Shown piece after piece: positions 28,181 through 37,801 of a DNA stretch of 53,135 nucleotides; position 1 is the stretch's first letter, and each line of letters begins with the position of its first letter. The stretch is from Nanobdellota archaeon (lineage in GTDB: Archaea; Nanobdellota; Nanobdellia; Woesearchaeales; GW2011-AR9), in NCBI GenBank assembly GCA_018824365.1, contig JAHJGQ010000029.1, forward strand, positions 1 through 53,135, given 5' to 3'. The translations under genes and the position numbers were made by a program. The notes below the pieces were generated by a model. It was not told the origin of the DNA, made no database searches, and saw nothing but the letters and a program-made list of their open reading frames with translations.

Positions 28181-28345
28181 ATGAGAAAATTAAGATATGG
28201 AAGAACAGTAATCAGTAGTGGAATTTCAATGGGTTCAGCCTTAGCGATGATTCTTTCTTATGTTGAACATAAATCAATACTTTGGGCGATATTACATGGA
28301 ATCTTAAGCTGGTTATATGTTATTTATTTTGCTATTATATATTGA
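28181..28345 (+). CDS. Small membrane protein (54 aa, not in the ORF track)
   Basis: MRKLRYGRTVISSGISMGSALAMILSYVEHKSILWAILHGILSWLYVIYFAIIY; two hydrophobic helices; TATA-like sequence upstream. Confidence 0.75.
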   Translation: MRKLRYGRTVISSGISMGSALAMILSYVEHKSILWAILHGILSWLYVIYFAIIY

Positions 28346-28405
28346 TAGTTCTTTAAGGCCGTTCTTTAAGTAGATTTTAAATAGTAGTTTAGTTGTTCCA
28401 GATGT

Positions 28406-29464
28406 ATGATCAAAAAAATAATTATTTCTTTTTTGATATTGATTTTAATTATAGGTTGTTCTTATGATCATGAAGAAAAAGAGCAGAAAGTTATAGGAGA
28501 AATCAAAACAGAAATTACTAAAGAGATTAAAATACCTGATTCGATAGTTAAGAACTGTATAGGTTCTCTTCCACCTATTCCTCAGGAAACAGAATTAATT
28601 GCTTCAATAGGTGGTGGCTGGGTAAGGCCGCACCCAGGACCTTATATCTGGGAATGGATAGAAGAAGAAAAAGATGATTTAAATTTTAAAGTAACTGACG
28701 AATGGGCAAAAGAGTCGCAGAAAAATAATGTTGCAATTCTGGCAACAGTATGGCCTTACGCAAAATGGGACCAAGAGGAGTGTCATGCTCAAGAATGTGA
28801 AATTTCAAATGAAGATGTATTTTATCCCAGAGGAAAAGATGGTATTCCTAAATCTAGATGCGCTCCTTGTAATATTGAAGATTACAAGAATTTTATCTTA
28901 AAATTAGTAGATAGATATGATGGTGATGGAATAGATGACATGCCTGGTTTAGTAATACCTATAAAATACTGGGAAATAATGAACGAGCCCGATTTAAAAT
29001 CTCCTTCTTTAACTTTCTATAAAGGAACTCAGAAAGAATATGTTGAAATATTAAAAGTAAGTTATGAAACAATAAAATCAACTTGTCCGGATTGTAAAAT
29101 TGTTCAGGGTGGAGCAGCTGGTATTGACTCTGAAATGATTGCTTATTGGAACAAGATTTTTCAGTTGGAGGGTGGAAATTATTTTGATATTGCCAACATC
29201 CATTATATTAATTATGGGGATGCAGATACATTAAATGTTAAAGATTTCAAAAAGCTCATGGCTAAGAATGGAATTGTAAAACCCATCTGGGTCACTGAAG
29301 TGGAGTTCAAAACTGAAGACAATGCCGGGGAATCTGTGGATGGTGCTTTTAATGCCGGTGCTGAGAAATTATTCTTTACAGGTTTAATTGCTGGAAAAGA
29401 AGATAAACCTTTGGCAAAGGATTTATTGCAGTTGTATGAGAATACTTTGTTGAAGTGTAAATGA
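28406..29464 (+). CDS. Lipoprotein glycoside hydrolase, clan GH-A (GH39/GH5-like)
   Basis: Lipobox IIGC; acid/base YWEIMNEP; nucleophile PIWVTE; NIHY. Confidence 0.75.
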   Translation: MIKKIIISFLILILIIGCSYDHEEKEQKVIGEIKTEITKEIKIPDSIVKNCIGSLPPIPQETELIASIGGGWVRPHPGPYIWEWIEEEKDDLNFKVTDEWAKESQKNNVAILATVWPYAKWDQEECHAQECEISNEDVFYPRGKDGIPKSRCAPCNIEDYKNFILKLVDRYDGDGIDDMPGLVIPIKYWEIMNEPDLKSPSLTFYKGTQKEYVEILKVSYETIKSTCPDCKIVQGGAAGIDSEMIAYWNKIFQLEGGNYFDIANIHYINYGDADTLNVKDFKKLMAKNGIVKPIWVTEVEFKTEDNAGESVDGAFNAGAEKLFFTGLIAGKEDKPLAKDLLQLYENTLLKCK

Positions 29465-29539
29465 AAAAGATTAGTTACATTGATTAATAGCCTTTATTGA
29501 TACATTAATTTAATAAAATACCTCATTTCTTGGTAATTC

Positions 29540-31171
29540 ATGGACGATATACAAAAGTTAGTCTTAGAAACAATTAGCATAGATAAACAGGCAATTGTAT
29601 TTACACCATCAAGAGCTTCTGCAGAAAAGACTGCTGAAGATATTTCCAAACTGACAAATTTTCAATTTCCTCAATTGGAAAAAGAAATTCTAAAAGCAGC
29701 TTCCACCCCAACTAAACAATGTAAGAGATTGTCACATTGTATCAGAAAGGGAATAGCTTTTCATCACGCAGGATTATTACAGAAACAAAAAGATCTTATT
29801 GAGGAAGAGTTCAGAAAAGGAGCAGTAAGAATAATCTGCTGTACTCCAACTTTAGCAGTAGGAATGTCACTTCCAGCTTTCCGTGTTATTATCAAATCAT
29901 TAAAAAGATATTCAGGAAGATGGGGCATGGATTGGATTCCGGTTTTAGAATACTTGCAGATGGCCGGCAGGGCAGGAAGACCTGAATTCGAATCATATGG
30001 TGAAGCAATATCTATAGCTAATAGTGATTCTGATAAAGAAGAGATCTATGAACGTTACATCTGCGGACAGCCTGAAGAGATATATTCTAAACTTGCAGTT
30101 GAGCCGGTATTACGTACTTATTTGTTATCACTTATTTCTTCCGGAATAATCCGTGACAGTAATTCGATGAAAGAATTCTTCACCAAAACCTTTTGGGCCC
30201 ATCAATTTAAGGATATGAATAAATTAGAACTGATTATGGAAAAGATGCTTGTCCTTCTTGAAGAATGGGGTTTTGTAACTATTAATTGTTTTGATGATGT
30301 TAATATTGTTGATAAAAATTCTGATAAAAATTATGTTAATAATTCTGGCAGTAGTGTTGATGGAGCTAATTTAATTAGAGAAGATTTTGTCATCGCTAAA
30401 GAATTAGAAGAAAAAAAAACAAATAAAAAAAATAAAAACGAGAAAAGATTAAGATCAACTATGTTAGGTAAAAGGATTTCAGAGCTTTATCTTGATCCTT
30501 TGACGGCAAGACATTTACTTGATTGTATGGGTAAGTTTAATGAAAATAAAAGCGTTTTTTCTTTACTTCAGATGATCTGTCATACTCTAGAATTGCGGCC
30601 ATTACTAAGGATAAAAAGTAAAGAACAAGATTTTATTCAAGAGGAACTGGTAAAGAATTATAAGTTACTTTTGGAAGAAGAACCTAGTGTATATGATTTA
30701 GAATATGATGAATTTATGAATTCCATCAAAACAACATTATTTTTTGAAGAATGGATAAATGAAAAAGATGAGGATTTTCTTTTAGAGAAATTCAGCATAA
30801 GACCGGGGGAAATTAGAGTAAAGATTGAAACCGCAGATTGGTTATTGTATGCTTCTGAAGAATTAGCTAAGTTGAATGATTATAAGGAAGCAGTAAAAGA
30901 AATAAGAAAATTAAGGGTAAGAATAAAACATGGTGTTAAGGAAGAACTTCTTACATTATTAAAATTAAAAGGAATTGGCAGAATCAGAGCAAGAAAACTC
31001 TACTCCCATGGGTTTAAAGACATTGGTGAGGTTAAGAAAGCCGATTTTACGACTTTAACTCAACTTTTGGGAAGAGCTATTGCAGAAAGTGTTAAAAAGC
31101 AATTAGGGGAAGAAATCAAAGAAGTTCCAAAAGGTAAAAGAAAAGGGCAAGTAAGCATTCTAAAATATTAA
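29540..31171 (+). CDS. hel308: Hel308/Ski2-like helicase lacking the N-terminal RecA1 domain
   Basis: Motifs IV (IVFTPSR), FHHAGL, V (TPTLAVG), VI (QMAGRAGRP), ratchet, and HhH LKGIGRIRARKLY are present; no Walker A or DExH. Confidence 0.8.
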   Translation: MDDIQKLVLETISIDKQAIVFTPSRASAEKTAEDISKLTNFQFPQLEKEILKAASTPTKQCKRLSHCIRKGIAFHHAGLLQKQKDLIEEEFRKGAVRIICCTPTLAVGMSLPAFRVIIKSLKRYSGRWGMDWIPVLEYLQMAGRAGRPEFESYGEAISIANSDSDKEEIYERYICGQPEEIYSKLAVEPVLRTYLLSLISSGIIRDSNSMKEFFTKTFWAHQFKDMNKLELIMEKMLVLLEEWGFVTINCFDDVNIVDKNSDKNYVNNSGSSVDGANLIREDFVIAKELEEKKTNKKNKNEKRLRSTMLGKRISELYLDPLTARHLLDCMGKFNENKSVFSLLQMICHTLELRPLLRIKSKEQDFIQEELVKNYKLLLEEEPSVYDLEYDEFMNSIKTTLFFEEWINEKDEDFLLEKFSIRPGEIRVKIETADWLLYASEELAKLNDYKEAVKEIRKLRVRIKHGVKEELLTLLKLKGIGRIRARKLYSHGFKDIGEVKKADFTTLTQLLGRAIAESVKKQLGEEIKEVPKGKRKGQVSILKY

Positions 31172-31298
31172 TTTCGGTGAATTGTTCATGTTCACAACCA
31201 ATTAATTGTTAACCACTCTCGGGTGATTAATTTTAGAAAAGTTTATAAATCAGTGTTTATTGTTTAAATAAACATATAATTTATATGGGTCTATCTTT

Positions 31299-34200
31299 AT
31301 GTCAGTGGAAAGAAATCTTGGAAAATCAGAAGAGAACATAGGAGATTCAGCTACATTATTGTATGATTTATGGAGTAAGTTTAGTTCTTTAAATCCAAAA
31401 CAAGATTCACCCAGGGATTATCTTCAAACTGCACAAGAAATTCTTAATGTTTCTAATGGAAGTCTTTCTTATGATAATTGGGTTGAATTAGGAAGGGGGG
31501 TTGCTACTCTCAGTTTACGAAGAGATGCTTTTAAAGAAGATCCAGAACTACATGATCTCTATACAGAAGCCTTACTGGAGATTAGCAATAAGAAAAATGA
31601 CGTTTCTAGAATTGATAGAAAAGTAGAAAGCATCTTAACAAGAATAAAAGATACATACGAAGGCCTATCTTTAAAGGAAACCACTATCAGAGATTTACTT
31701 GATACACTTTATCGAGAAAAAGATCTCCATAAAAATAAAGATAATGTAGTAAAAAAAATAAGTGATTTTATTGACATTTACGGAAAAAATCTTTCAGATT
31801 TCGATTTATACACTCTTGCAGAATTAGAGATGACTATTGCAAATGATAATTCCCAGATAGTTGATAATTTAGGACTATATTTTCCTCAGACTTTTCTTAC
31901 TATTTTTAGATTAGAACTTAAAGATTCTCTTGAAAAGATAAAGAAAGATGCTAAGACTGAAAACGAACAAAAATCCGTGAATAATCTTGTTAATCTTTTT
32001 TCTACAAAAGCTGAATTGCTTAATGATGATTATTTACGAAAACAAGCTGCAAAAAAATTAACTGAATTTCTAGAAAGTGGCAGTTCTGAAAACCTTTCTG
32101 ATTCTCATATAAGAATACTTAGCGGGTTAGAAGAGTATTGCTTGCAAACTGAGATTTTTAACCCAGTTGAATATCTTTGTTTAAATGTTAAAGATTATAA
32201 AGAATTTGATTCAACCGGCTTCGAGATCTTTTCAAAACTTGGTGAATCTTTCAGAAGAATGGAAGAGAGATATGAAAAAGGAAGTATAGAAAGGTCGCCG
32301 TTAGAAGATTTAGTGCAAGTGCTAAAGTCTATAGATAATCTTGCAGATTCGCATAAGGAAAATATTGTTGGATCTGTTAGAAACTTTATGAGAGTAAATT
32401 CAGCATTGCTTTCTGAAGAAGAGAAAGAAGCTCTCGAAAATTTAACTGAACGCTATTCTAAAAGTAATTTTGTTATTGGTAATTATCAACTTCCTGAACA
32501 TGTTTTAGAATATGGTATTAAGTTAAGAGAAGATGAAATCCCTGATGTTGATAAGAATAAAGCAGACTTTGATAAGATTATCCAGGGAATGGAAAACTGG
32601 TATAAAAGTAAGAGTAAAAAAGAAGTTACTGCTGAAAATATATTCTTTTATGAAAAGAGCCAAATATTCATTGAGAATAATGGATACAAGAGTGAGAAGC
32701 TTTGGAAATTTATTATGGATAACTTGGATTATCTTCCTGATGATCATCGTGTTGCTCTTAAAGCATGGGTTAATATCTATCAAAATGGGAAAGTTGATGA
32801 TTTAAGATCATATCTTTCTAACATCCTAAAAAACTCAAGAGAAATATTCAAACATGCTCCTCTTCTACTAAGACATAAAGCTTCAAAAGTAGAAAATCAA
32901 GGAATTAATGAAGTTAAAGATCAAGAAGTTAAAGATCAAAAGACAGAAGCATCTAATGTAGCTTCTGATACGCCTACTACTTCAAATACACCTACTTTAG
33001 ATTATATTGTTTCTGAAAATCATCCTGAAGAAACTACTCAAACAGGAATCTTGCTAATTTCACCAACTGGAACGAAAGATTTCAAAGCAGCCGTTGATAC
33101 ATTTTATACTCCTAAAAAAGCAAAAGAACAATCACCTGAAGAAAAAGTAATTATTAATGTTCCGAATGTTAATATTGAAGATAACATTGATAACATTGAG
33201 GATAATATACCTTTTGTTGCTAGAGAAGTTAGAGATTCTGTTTATGATCATGATAGTTTTGTCGATAGTCGCCGTAGCGTAATGCCGGTTAGTTTAAGAG
33301 ATGAAGATGTTGAGTTTTCAAGAAACAGTTATGCTCAAATTGTAAGTGGTTCTGAAAGTATAATCCCTAAAAGTGTAATCCCTGAGAGTGTAATGGAAGT
33401 AAGTCTTAGACATGTTGAAGTTGTAAGAGATAGTTATGCTCAAATTGTAAATGATAATACAGTACCAAAGATTGTTGATGACATTCCAGAGGTAGAAATC
33501 GGAGAAGAATCTATTGGGCTTACTGATGAAGAATTGATATTTGTAGAAAAAGATCATGAAGCTGCAAAGACAATAGAAGAAGCTGATCTTTCCAGTTCAG
33601 AAACAATTGATGATAAAGTTAAATTAGAATTTGTTGTTAGCACTCTTAGTGAAAAACTTAAAAATCATACTCCTGAGCAACCTAAAAAATCATTAGGGGA
33701 GAAAGTTGCTGAAAGATGGGGTTATTTTAAAGAATGGGTTGGAATTAATGAAGATTCTTCAAGAAAAGAAGAATATGTTAATTTAGGGGCAAAATCAGAT
33801 TTAAAATCAGATTCATCTAACCCTAATGTTTTGGAAGTTTCTACATCCAGACCAGAAATTGAAGTTAAATATACTCAGAATGCTCAGAAAAAACAATCTA
33901 TTCAAAAAACATCTCTTAAAAAACCGGTTGGTAGATTAATAGAATTTAATGATACTCCTGAGATAGAAATCGGAGAAGCTTATCTTACCGCTCAAGAAAA
34001 TATTGCAGTACTTAAAGATGTCTTCGAACAAAAAGGAAACGATGCTAATCCAGAAATTATAATAAACGGAAAAGCTAGTCTTACTGAAGAAGAAGAAACA
34101 GCAATATTTGAAGATTCTTTTGAAATTGATCATATTCCGAGAGTTAGAGTTGAAAATTATCAGTCCAGTATTGATGATTTAATAGCTAAGCCTTCCAGTA

Positions 34201-35084
34201 CAGTTTCTGTTCCTGAAGTTAAAAAAACTTATTGGGGCAGAATCAGAGAACGTTCAAAAAGAAAACTTCTTTCAGCAGCGATTTTTCTCGGAGTGTTAGG
34301 GGCAGCAGCAGGATTAAATACCTATAATCTACTAAAACAAGATCCGCTTCATGTTGACGAGGGAATTTCTTCATCAGTTGCTTACGATGGGTTAAAAGAT
34401 AATCATGTTGTCAAGAAAGAAGAATCTAAAACAGAATCTAAAACAATTAGTGGAGAAAGATCTTTAACAACTCCAAAAATGGTAGTGAGCATTGGTTCTA
34501 ATGCACTTAATATTCATTACTCTAATAAAATTACAAAAGATAAGTTTGATTTTGATAGCGAAATAAGAACAGATTCTTGGAATTTGCAAAAATCAGTATG
34601 GGAATCACAAAGAGATATTAAAGCTAAAATTGCAATGGAAAAGAAATTAAAGAAAGCTCATCAAGTTGAGGCTGAAAAACAACAACTTGAAGTTAACAGA
34701 GCGAAAGAAGCTGCTGAACAGAAACATAAACATAAACCATTAGATTTAGAGGAAATAGTTATACCTCGTCTTAAACCACAACATAGATCAGGTTTATTGC
34801 CACAAAATGAAAAAGATTTTAATCAGAATATAGATCATCAGAAGATATATGATCTGTTAGATGGAAAAAGCGTATCAACGTCAAATATCTCTCCAAAAAC
34901 CCAAAGTGAGACACATAAGCAACAACAAAAATGTACTCCTGAGTCAAACAAAATAAAACCATGTAGTATGCTTGGGGCAGATCAAGTTTATGACAATATT
35001 GATGATGTCCTTTCCTCAGTACGTTCAGATATGCCGTCTGACTGGAAACTAATTGATGGCAAGTGGGTTCCTTTAGATATTTAA
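31299..35084 (+). CDS. Large hypothetical single-pass membrane protein (1261 aa)
   Basis: Long ORF; helical N-region, acidic repeat-containing middle, TM LLSAAIFLGVLGAAAGL. Confidence 0.65.
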   Translation: MSVERNLGKSEENIGDSATLLYDLWSKFSSLNPKQDSPRDYLQTAQEILNVSNGSLSYDNWVELGRGVATLSLRRDAFKEDPELHDLYTEALLEISNKKNDVSRIDRKVESILTRIKDTYEGLSLKETTIRDLLDTLYREKDLHKNKDNVVKKISDFIDIYGKNLSDFDLYTLAELEMTIANDNSQIVDNLGLYFPQTFLTIFRLELKDSLEKIKKDAKTENEQKSVNNLVNLFSTKAELLNDDYLRKQAAKKLTEFLESGSSENLSDSHIRILSGLEEYCLQTEIFNPVEYLCLNVKDYKEFDSTGFEIFSKLGESFRRMEERYEKGSIERSPLEDLVQVLKSIDNLADSHKENIVGSVRNFMRVNSALLSEEEKEALENLTERYSKSNFVIGNYQLPEHVLEYGIKLREDEIPDVDKNKADFDKIIQGMENWYKSKSKKEVTAENIFFYEKSQIFIENNGYKSEKLWKFIMDNLDYLPDDHRVALKAWVNIYQNGKVDDLRSYLSNILKNSREIFKHAPLLLRHKASKVENQGINEVKDQEVKDQKTEASNVASDTPTTSNTPTLDYIVSENHPEETTQTGILLISPTGTKDFKAAVDTFYTPKKAKEQSPEEKVIINVPNVNIEDNIDNIEDNIPFVAREVRDSVYDHDSFVDSRRSVMPVSLRDEDVEFSRNSYAQIVSGSESIIPKSVIPESVMEVSLRHVEVVRDSYAQIVNDNTVPKIVDDIPEVEIGEESIGLTDEELIFVEKDHEAAKTIEEADLSSSETIDDKVKLEFVVSTLSEKLKNHTPEQPKKSLGEKVAERWGYFKEWVGINEDSSRKEEYVNLGAKSDLKSDSSNPNVLEVSTSRPEIEVKYTQNAQKKQSIQKTSLKKPVGRLIEFNDTPEIEIGEAYLTAQENIAVLKDVFEQKGNDANPEIIINGKASLTEEEETAIFEDSFEIDHIPRVRVENYQSSIDDLIAKPSSTVSVPEVKKTYWGRIRERSKRKLLSAAIFLGVLGAAAGLNTYNLLKQDPLHVDEGISSSVAYDGLKDNHVVKKEESKTESKTISGERSLTTPKMVVSIGSNALNIHYSNKITKDKFDFDSEIRTDSWNLQKSVWESQRDIKAKIAMEKKLKKAHQVEAEKQQLEVNRAKEAAEQKHKHKPLDLEEIVIPRLKPQHRSGLLPQNEKDFNQNIDHQKIYDLLDGKSVSTSNISPKTQSETHKQQQKCTPESNKIKPCSMLGADQVYDNIDDVLSSVRSDMPSDWKLIDGKWVPLDI

Positions 35085-35143
35085 TTTTTTAAGCTAACTA
35101 AAACCAGAAATCTTTATAAATAGATATAATTCTTTGAGTTAAA

Positions 35144-35659
35144 ATGGCAAAATTACGTAAATTTGCAGCATATCAAAAGTTAGAAAGACCTTATACTAGG
35201 ATTAGTAAATATACTAAACAGAATTATGTCAGAGGAGGATTTCCTCACATGAAAGTTATTAAGTTTGATATGGGCAGTCCAGAAAAAGAATATGATACAG
35301 TGATTAAGCTGAATGTTTGTAAAAGTATGAATATCCGACATAATGCTTTGGAATCAGCAAGATTAGTTTCTAATAGGTTTTTAGAGAAATCTCTTGGAAA
35401 GAACTTTCATCTACGCGTAAGGGTTTATCCATTTCATGTCTTAAGAGAAAACCCTTTAGCTTCAGGTGCGGGAGCTGACAGGATGAGTACTGGTATGAAG
35501 AAGTCATATGGTAAATCTATCAGCTCTGCTGCAAGGATGAAAGAAGGGCAGGCAGTTTTAGAACTTAGGATCAATAAAGAACATTTTAAAATAGGAAAAG
35601 AAGCTTTATCAAGATCTGCTAAAAAATTACCTTGCTCTTGTAAAGTTGTAGCTAATTAA
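35144..35659 (+). CDS. rpl10e: 50S ribosomal protein uL16 (L10e)
   Basis: IRHNALESAR, RVYPFHVLREN, AGADRMSTGM motifs. Confidence 0.95.
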   Translation: MAKLRKFAAYQKLERPYTRISKYTKQNYVRGGFPHMKVIKFDMGSPEKEYDTVIKLNVCKSMNIRHNALESARLVSNRFLEKSLGKNFHLRVRVYPFHVLRENPLASGAGADRMSTGMKKSYGKSISSAARMKEGQAVLELRINKEHFKIGKEALSRSAKKLPCSCKVVAN

Positions 35660-35661
35660 AA

Positions 35662-36642
35662 CTAACTTTTCTTTATTTCCTTTTTAAGTTTAACAAGTTC
35701 CTCTTCAATCTCAAAAAGTTCATTTCTTTTAGGATTTTTCCCTTCAACTTTTCTTTCAATTTTTTTAACTAAACGAACAGCTTCTTTTTCTTCCAACTTT
35801 TCTTTTTTACTTTTATGTTTGGGAAAAAGGTCTTTAATAAAATAAATTGGGTTTTTAATACCTTTACTTAAAGTTAAACTTATACTTTTGAATTCATTAC
35901 TAAGTTTCCTCTCTTCTAAATCACTTTTATCAATAATTTTTTGTTGAGGTATCTCACTTAGGATTCTCGCTTCTTTAATTTTCATTGAATCAACATCAGA
36001 AATTTTTTTGTCAATCTTGGCTAATTTTTTGTCAAGAATGTGTTTTTGTCCTGAAGCTTCAATGACTGTTGGTTTAGAATAGCCCTGCATCCTAGCATTG
36101 ATCTCTCTAAGCTCTCTTTCTAACTGTTTTTCTTTAATGTTATACTCTTTAACTTTTTTGCTAACATTTTTTTTAGATAAATGTGGCGGCTCTTCTTTTC
36201 TTAAGTCACTTAATTCTTCATTTAGCCGGTCTAATTCTTCTTCAAGAGGAAATTTCTTTCTAGAAGTCCAGCTTGAGATTGGTTCTTTTTCTTCTTCGGG
36301 TGTTATTTCAGCATGCCATAATTTAGGTTCATTTAATTTAGGCTTTCTTAGATGATAAAAAGTAAAGAGGATTATTGTCAGTAAGAATAATAGTGTTATG
36401 ATGATGATGAAATAATTGTTATAATTGTTAAACAGCTGTGTGACATTATCTTCGATAAAATTAGCGGTTCCAGTTACTGCACCAGTTATCAATCCCCCTT
36501 TGATAAATGAAATATTCAGTTTATCAGAGAAACCTATGAAAAAAATAAGAATCAATGAAATTGCAAATATTATCAGTGTCTTCTCACCTCTAATCTTCAA
36601 ATCGGAAGATCGTTTTAATTCTAACTCTGTTTCGACTTTCAT
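35662..36642 (-). CDS. Hypothetical 2-TM protein with coiled-coil tail
   Basis: Two N-terminal TMs flanking LITGAVTG; repeated LE.EL..IN heptads. Confidence 0.65.
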   Translation of the reverse strand: MKVETELELKRSSDLKIRGEKTLIIFAISLILIFFIGFSDKLNISFIKGGLITGAVTGTANFIEDNVTQLFNNYNNYFIIIITLLFLLTIILFTFYHLRKPKLNEPKLWHAEITPEEEKEPISSWTSRKKFPLEEELDRLNEELSDLRKEEPPHLSKKNVSKKVKEYNIKEKQLERELREINARMQGYSKPTVIEASGQKHILDKKLAKIDKKISDVDSMKIKEARILSEIPQQKIIDKSDLEERKLSNEFKSISLTLSKGIKNPIYFIKDLFPKHKSKKEKLEEKEAVRLVKKIERKVEGKNPKRNELFEIEEELVKLKKEIKKS

Positions 36643-36700
36643 CTTTTTAATGGTATCTTATTTAAGTTTAAAAAATTAATCATAAATTCATAATCCTAAA

Positions 36701-37660
36701 TTAATTATTTCTTGTAGCTGATTTGATGACTTTTTCTTTAAGTTCTTCTAATGAATGATATTTGTGTTTAAAATCCTCTTTTGGCTTTCCTTCTGGCAGA
36801 TCGGTTTTGCTGACATATATTAAAATTTTATCTTTGAGACCTAATTGATTTAATTCTTTTAATAATTGTTCTTGTTCTCTAATAGAATAACCACCGTGGC
36901 CGCTTAAATCAAAGACGTAAATGATTAAATTAGCAAGATCTGTCATTACCAATTCCGCTTGCAATTCAATAATGTTCATCTTTTCTTTTCTTGCTAAAGT
37001 TCCTGGAACATCAAGAACTTGCACTTTAATATTGTCTTTTGCAATATATCCGGCATTGATTGATATTGTTGTAAAAGCGTATTCAGCAGTCTTTGCTTTT
37101 GTTTTAGTAAGCTTATTTAACAATGTTGTTTTCCCTACATTAGGAAATCCATAGATGCATACAGTAAACATTTCTTTGATATCTGGATAATTTTTCATTA
37201 TCTTACGGCTTTCTTCAAGATATTTTAAGTTGGGGTCAATCTGTTTTAATGTTGAAGAAACCCTTCCATAAAATTGTTTAGACAAATCTTTGATCTTGTC
37301 TCTTTCTTTAGTACGAGTGATATTTCCTACATATTCTTTCTGAAGAGAACGTATTCTTTTGATAGCCCAGTTTACTGCTCCGAACGATTTTTTTAACTGA
37401 GAATAATCTAATGTTAATCTTATCAATTTAATATAAAATTGAGGCAAATCGGCGGTTCCTGGAAAAGTATGAAGTATCTTTTCTAAACGAGGAACGATAG
37501 TATCTTTGATGATGTCTAATTTAAGGCTTTCTTTAATTCTTATTATCTGTAACCAATTGCCTTTAAGATTTTTTGATTTCCCCTTTTCTCTAGCTTTACT
37601 GAAAGCCAAATCTAAGAAATACTTACTATTTTCTACAGGAGGAATATTTTGAAAGTTCAT
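36701..37660 (-). CDS. NOG1-family (Obg-like) GTPase
   Basis: N-terminal helical domain; GFPNVGKT, YAFTT, DVPG and SKTD motifs. Confidence 0.9.
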   Translation of the reverse strand: MNFQNIPPVENSKYFLDLAFSKAREKGKSKNLKGNWLQIIRIKESLKLDIIKDTIVPRLEKILHTFPGTADLPQFYIKLIRLTLDYSQLKKSFGAVNWAIKRIRSLQKEYVGNITRTKERDKIKDLSKQFYGRVSSTLKQIDPNLKYLEESRKIMKNYPDIKEMFTVCIYGFPNVGKTTLLNKLTKTKAKTAEYAFTTISINAGYIAKDNIKVQVLDVPGTLARKEKMNIIELQAELVMTDLANLIIYVFDLSGHGGYSIREQEQLLKELNQLGLKDKILIYVSKTDLPEGKPKEDFKHKYHSLEELKEKVIKSATRNN

Positions 37661-37801
37661 GTTTATGAGGAAGTGAAGGTTTTTTATTAATGTTTCTTAT
37701 CTTACTGATGTTTTGCGTTTTTTGGAAAATAAGCTTAAATTTCGAATACCAGACAAAGTATTTTATACTTAAAACTTGAAAATCCGCAAAACTCCAAATT
37801 C

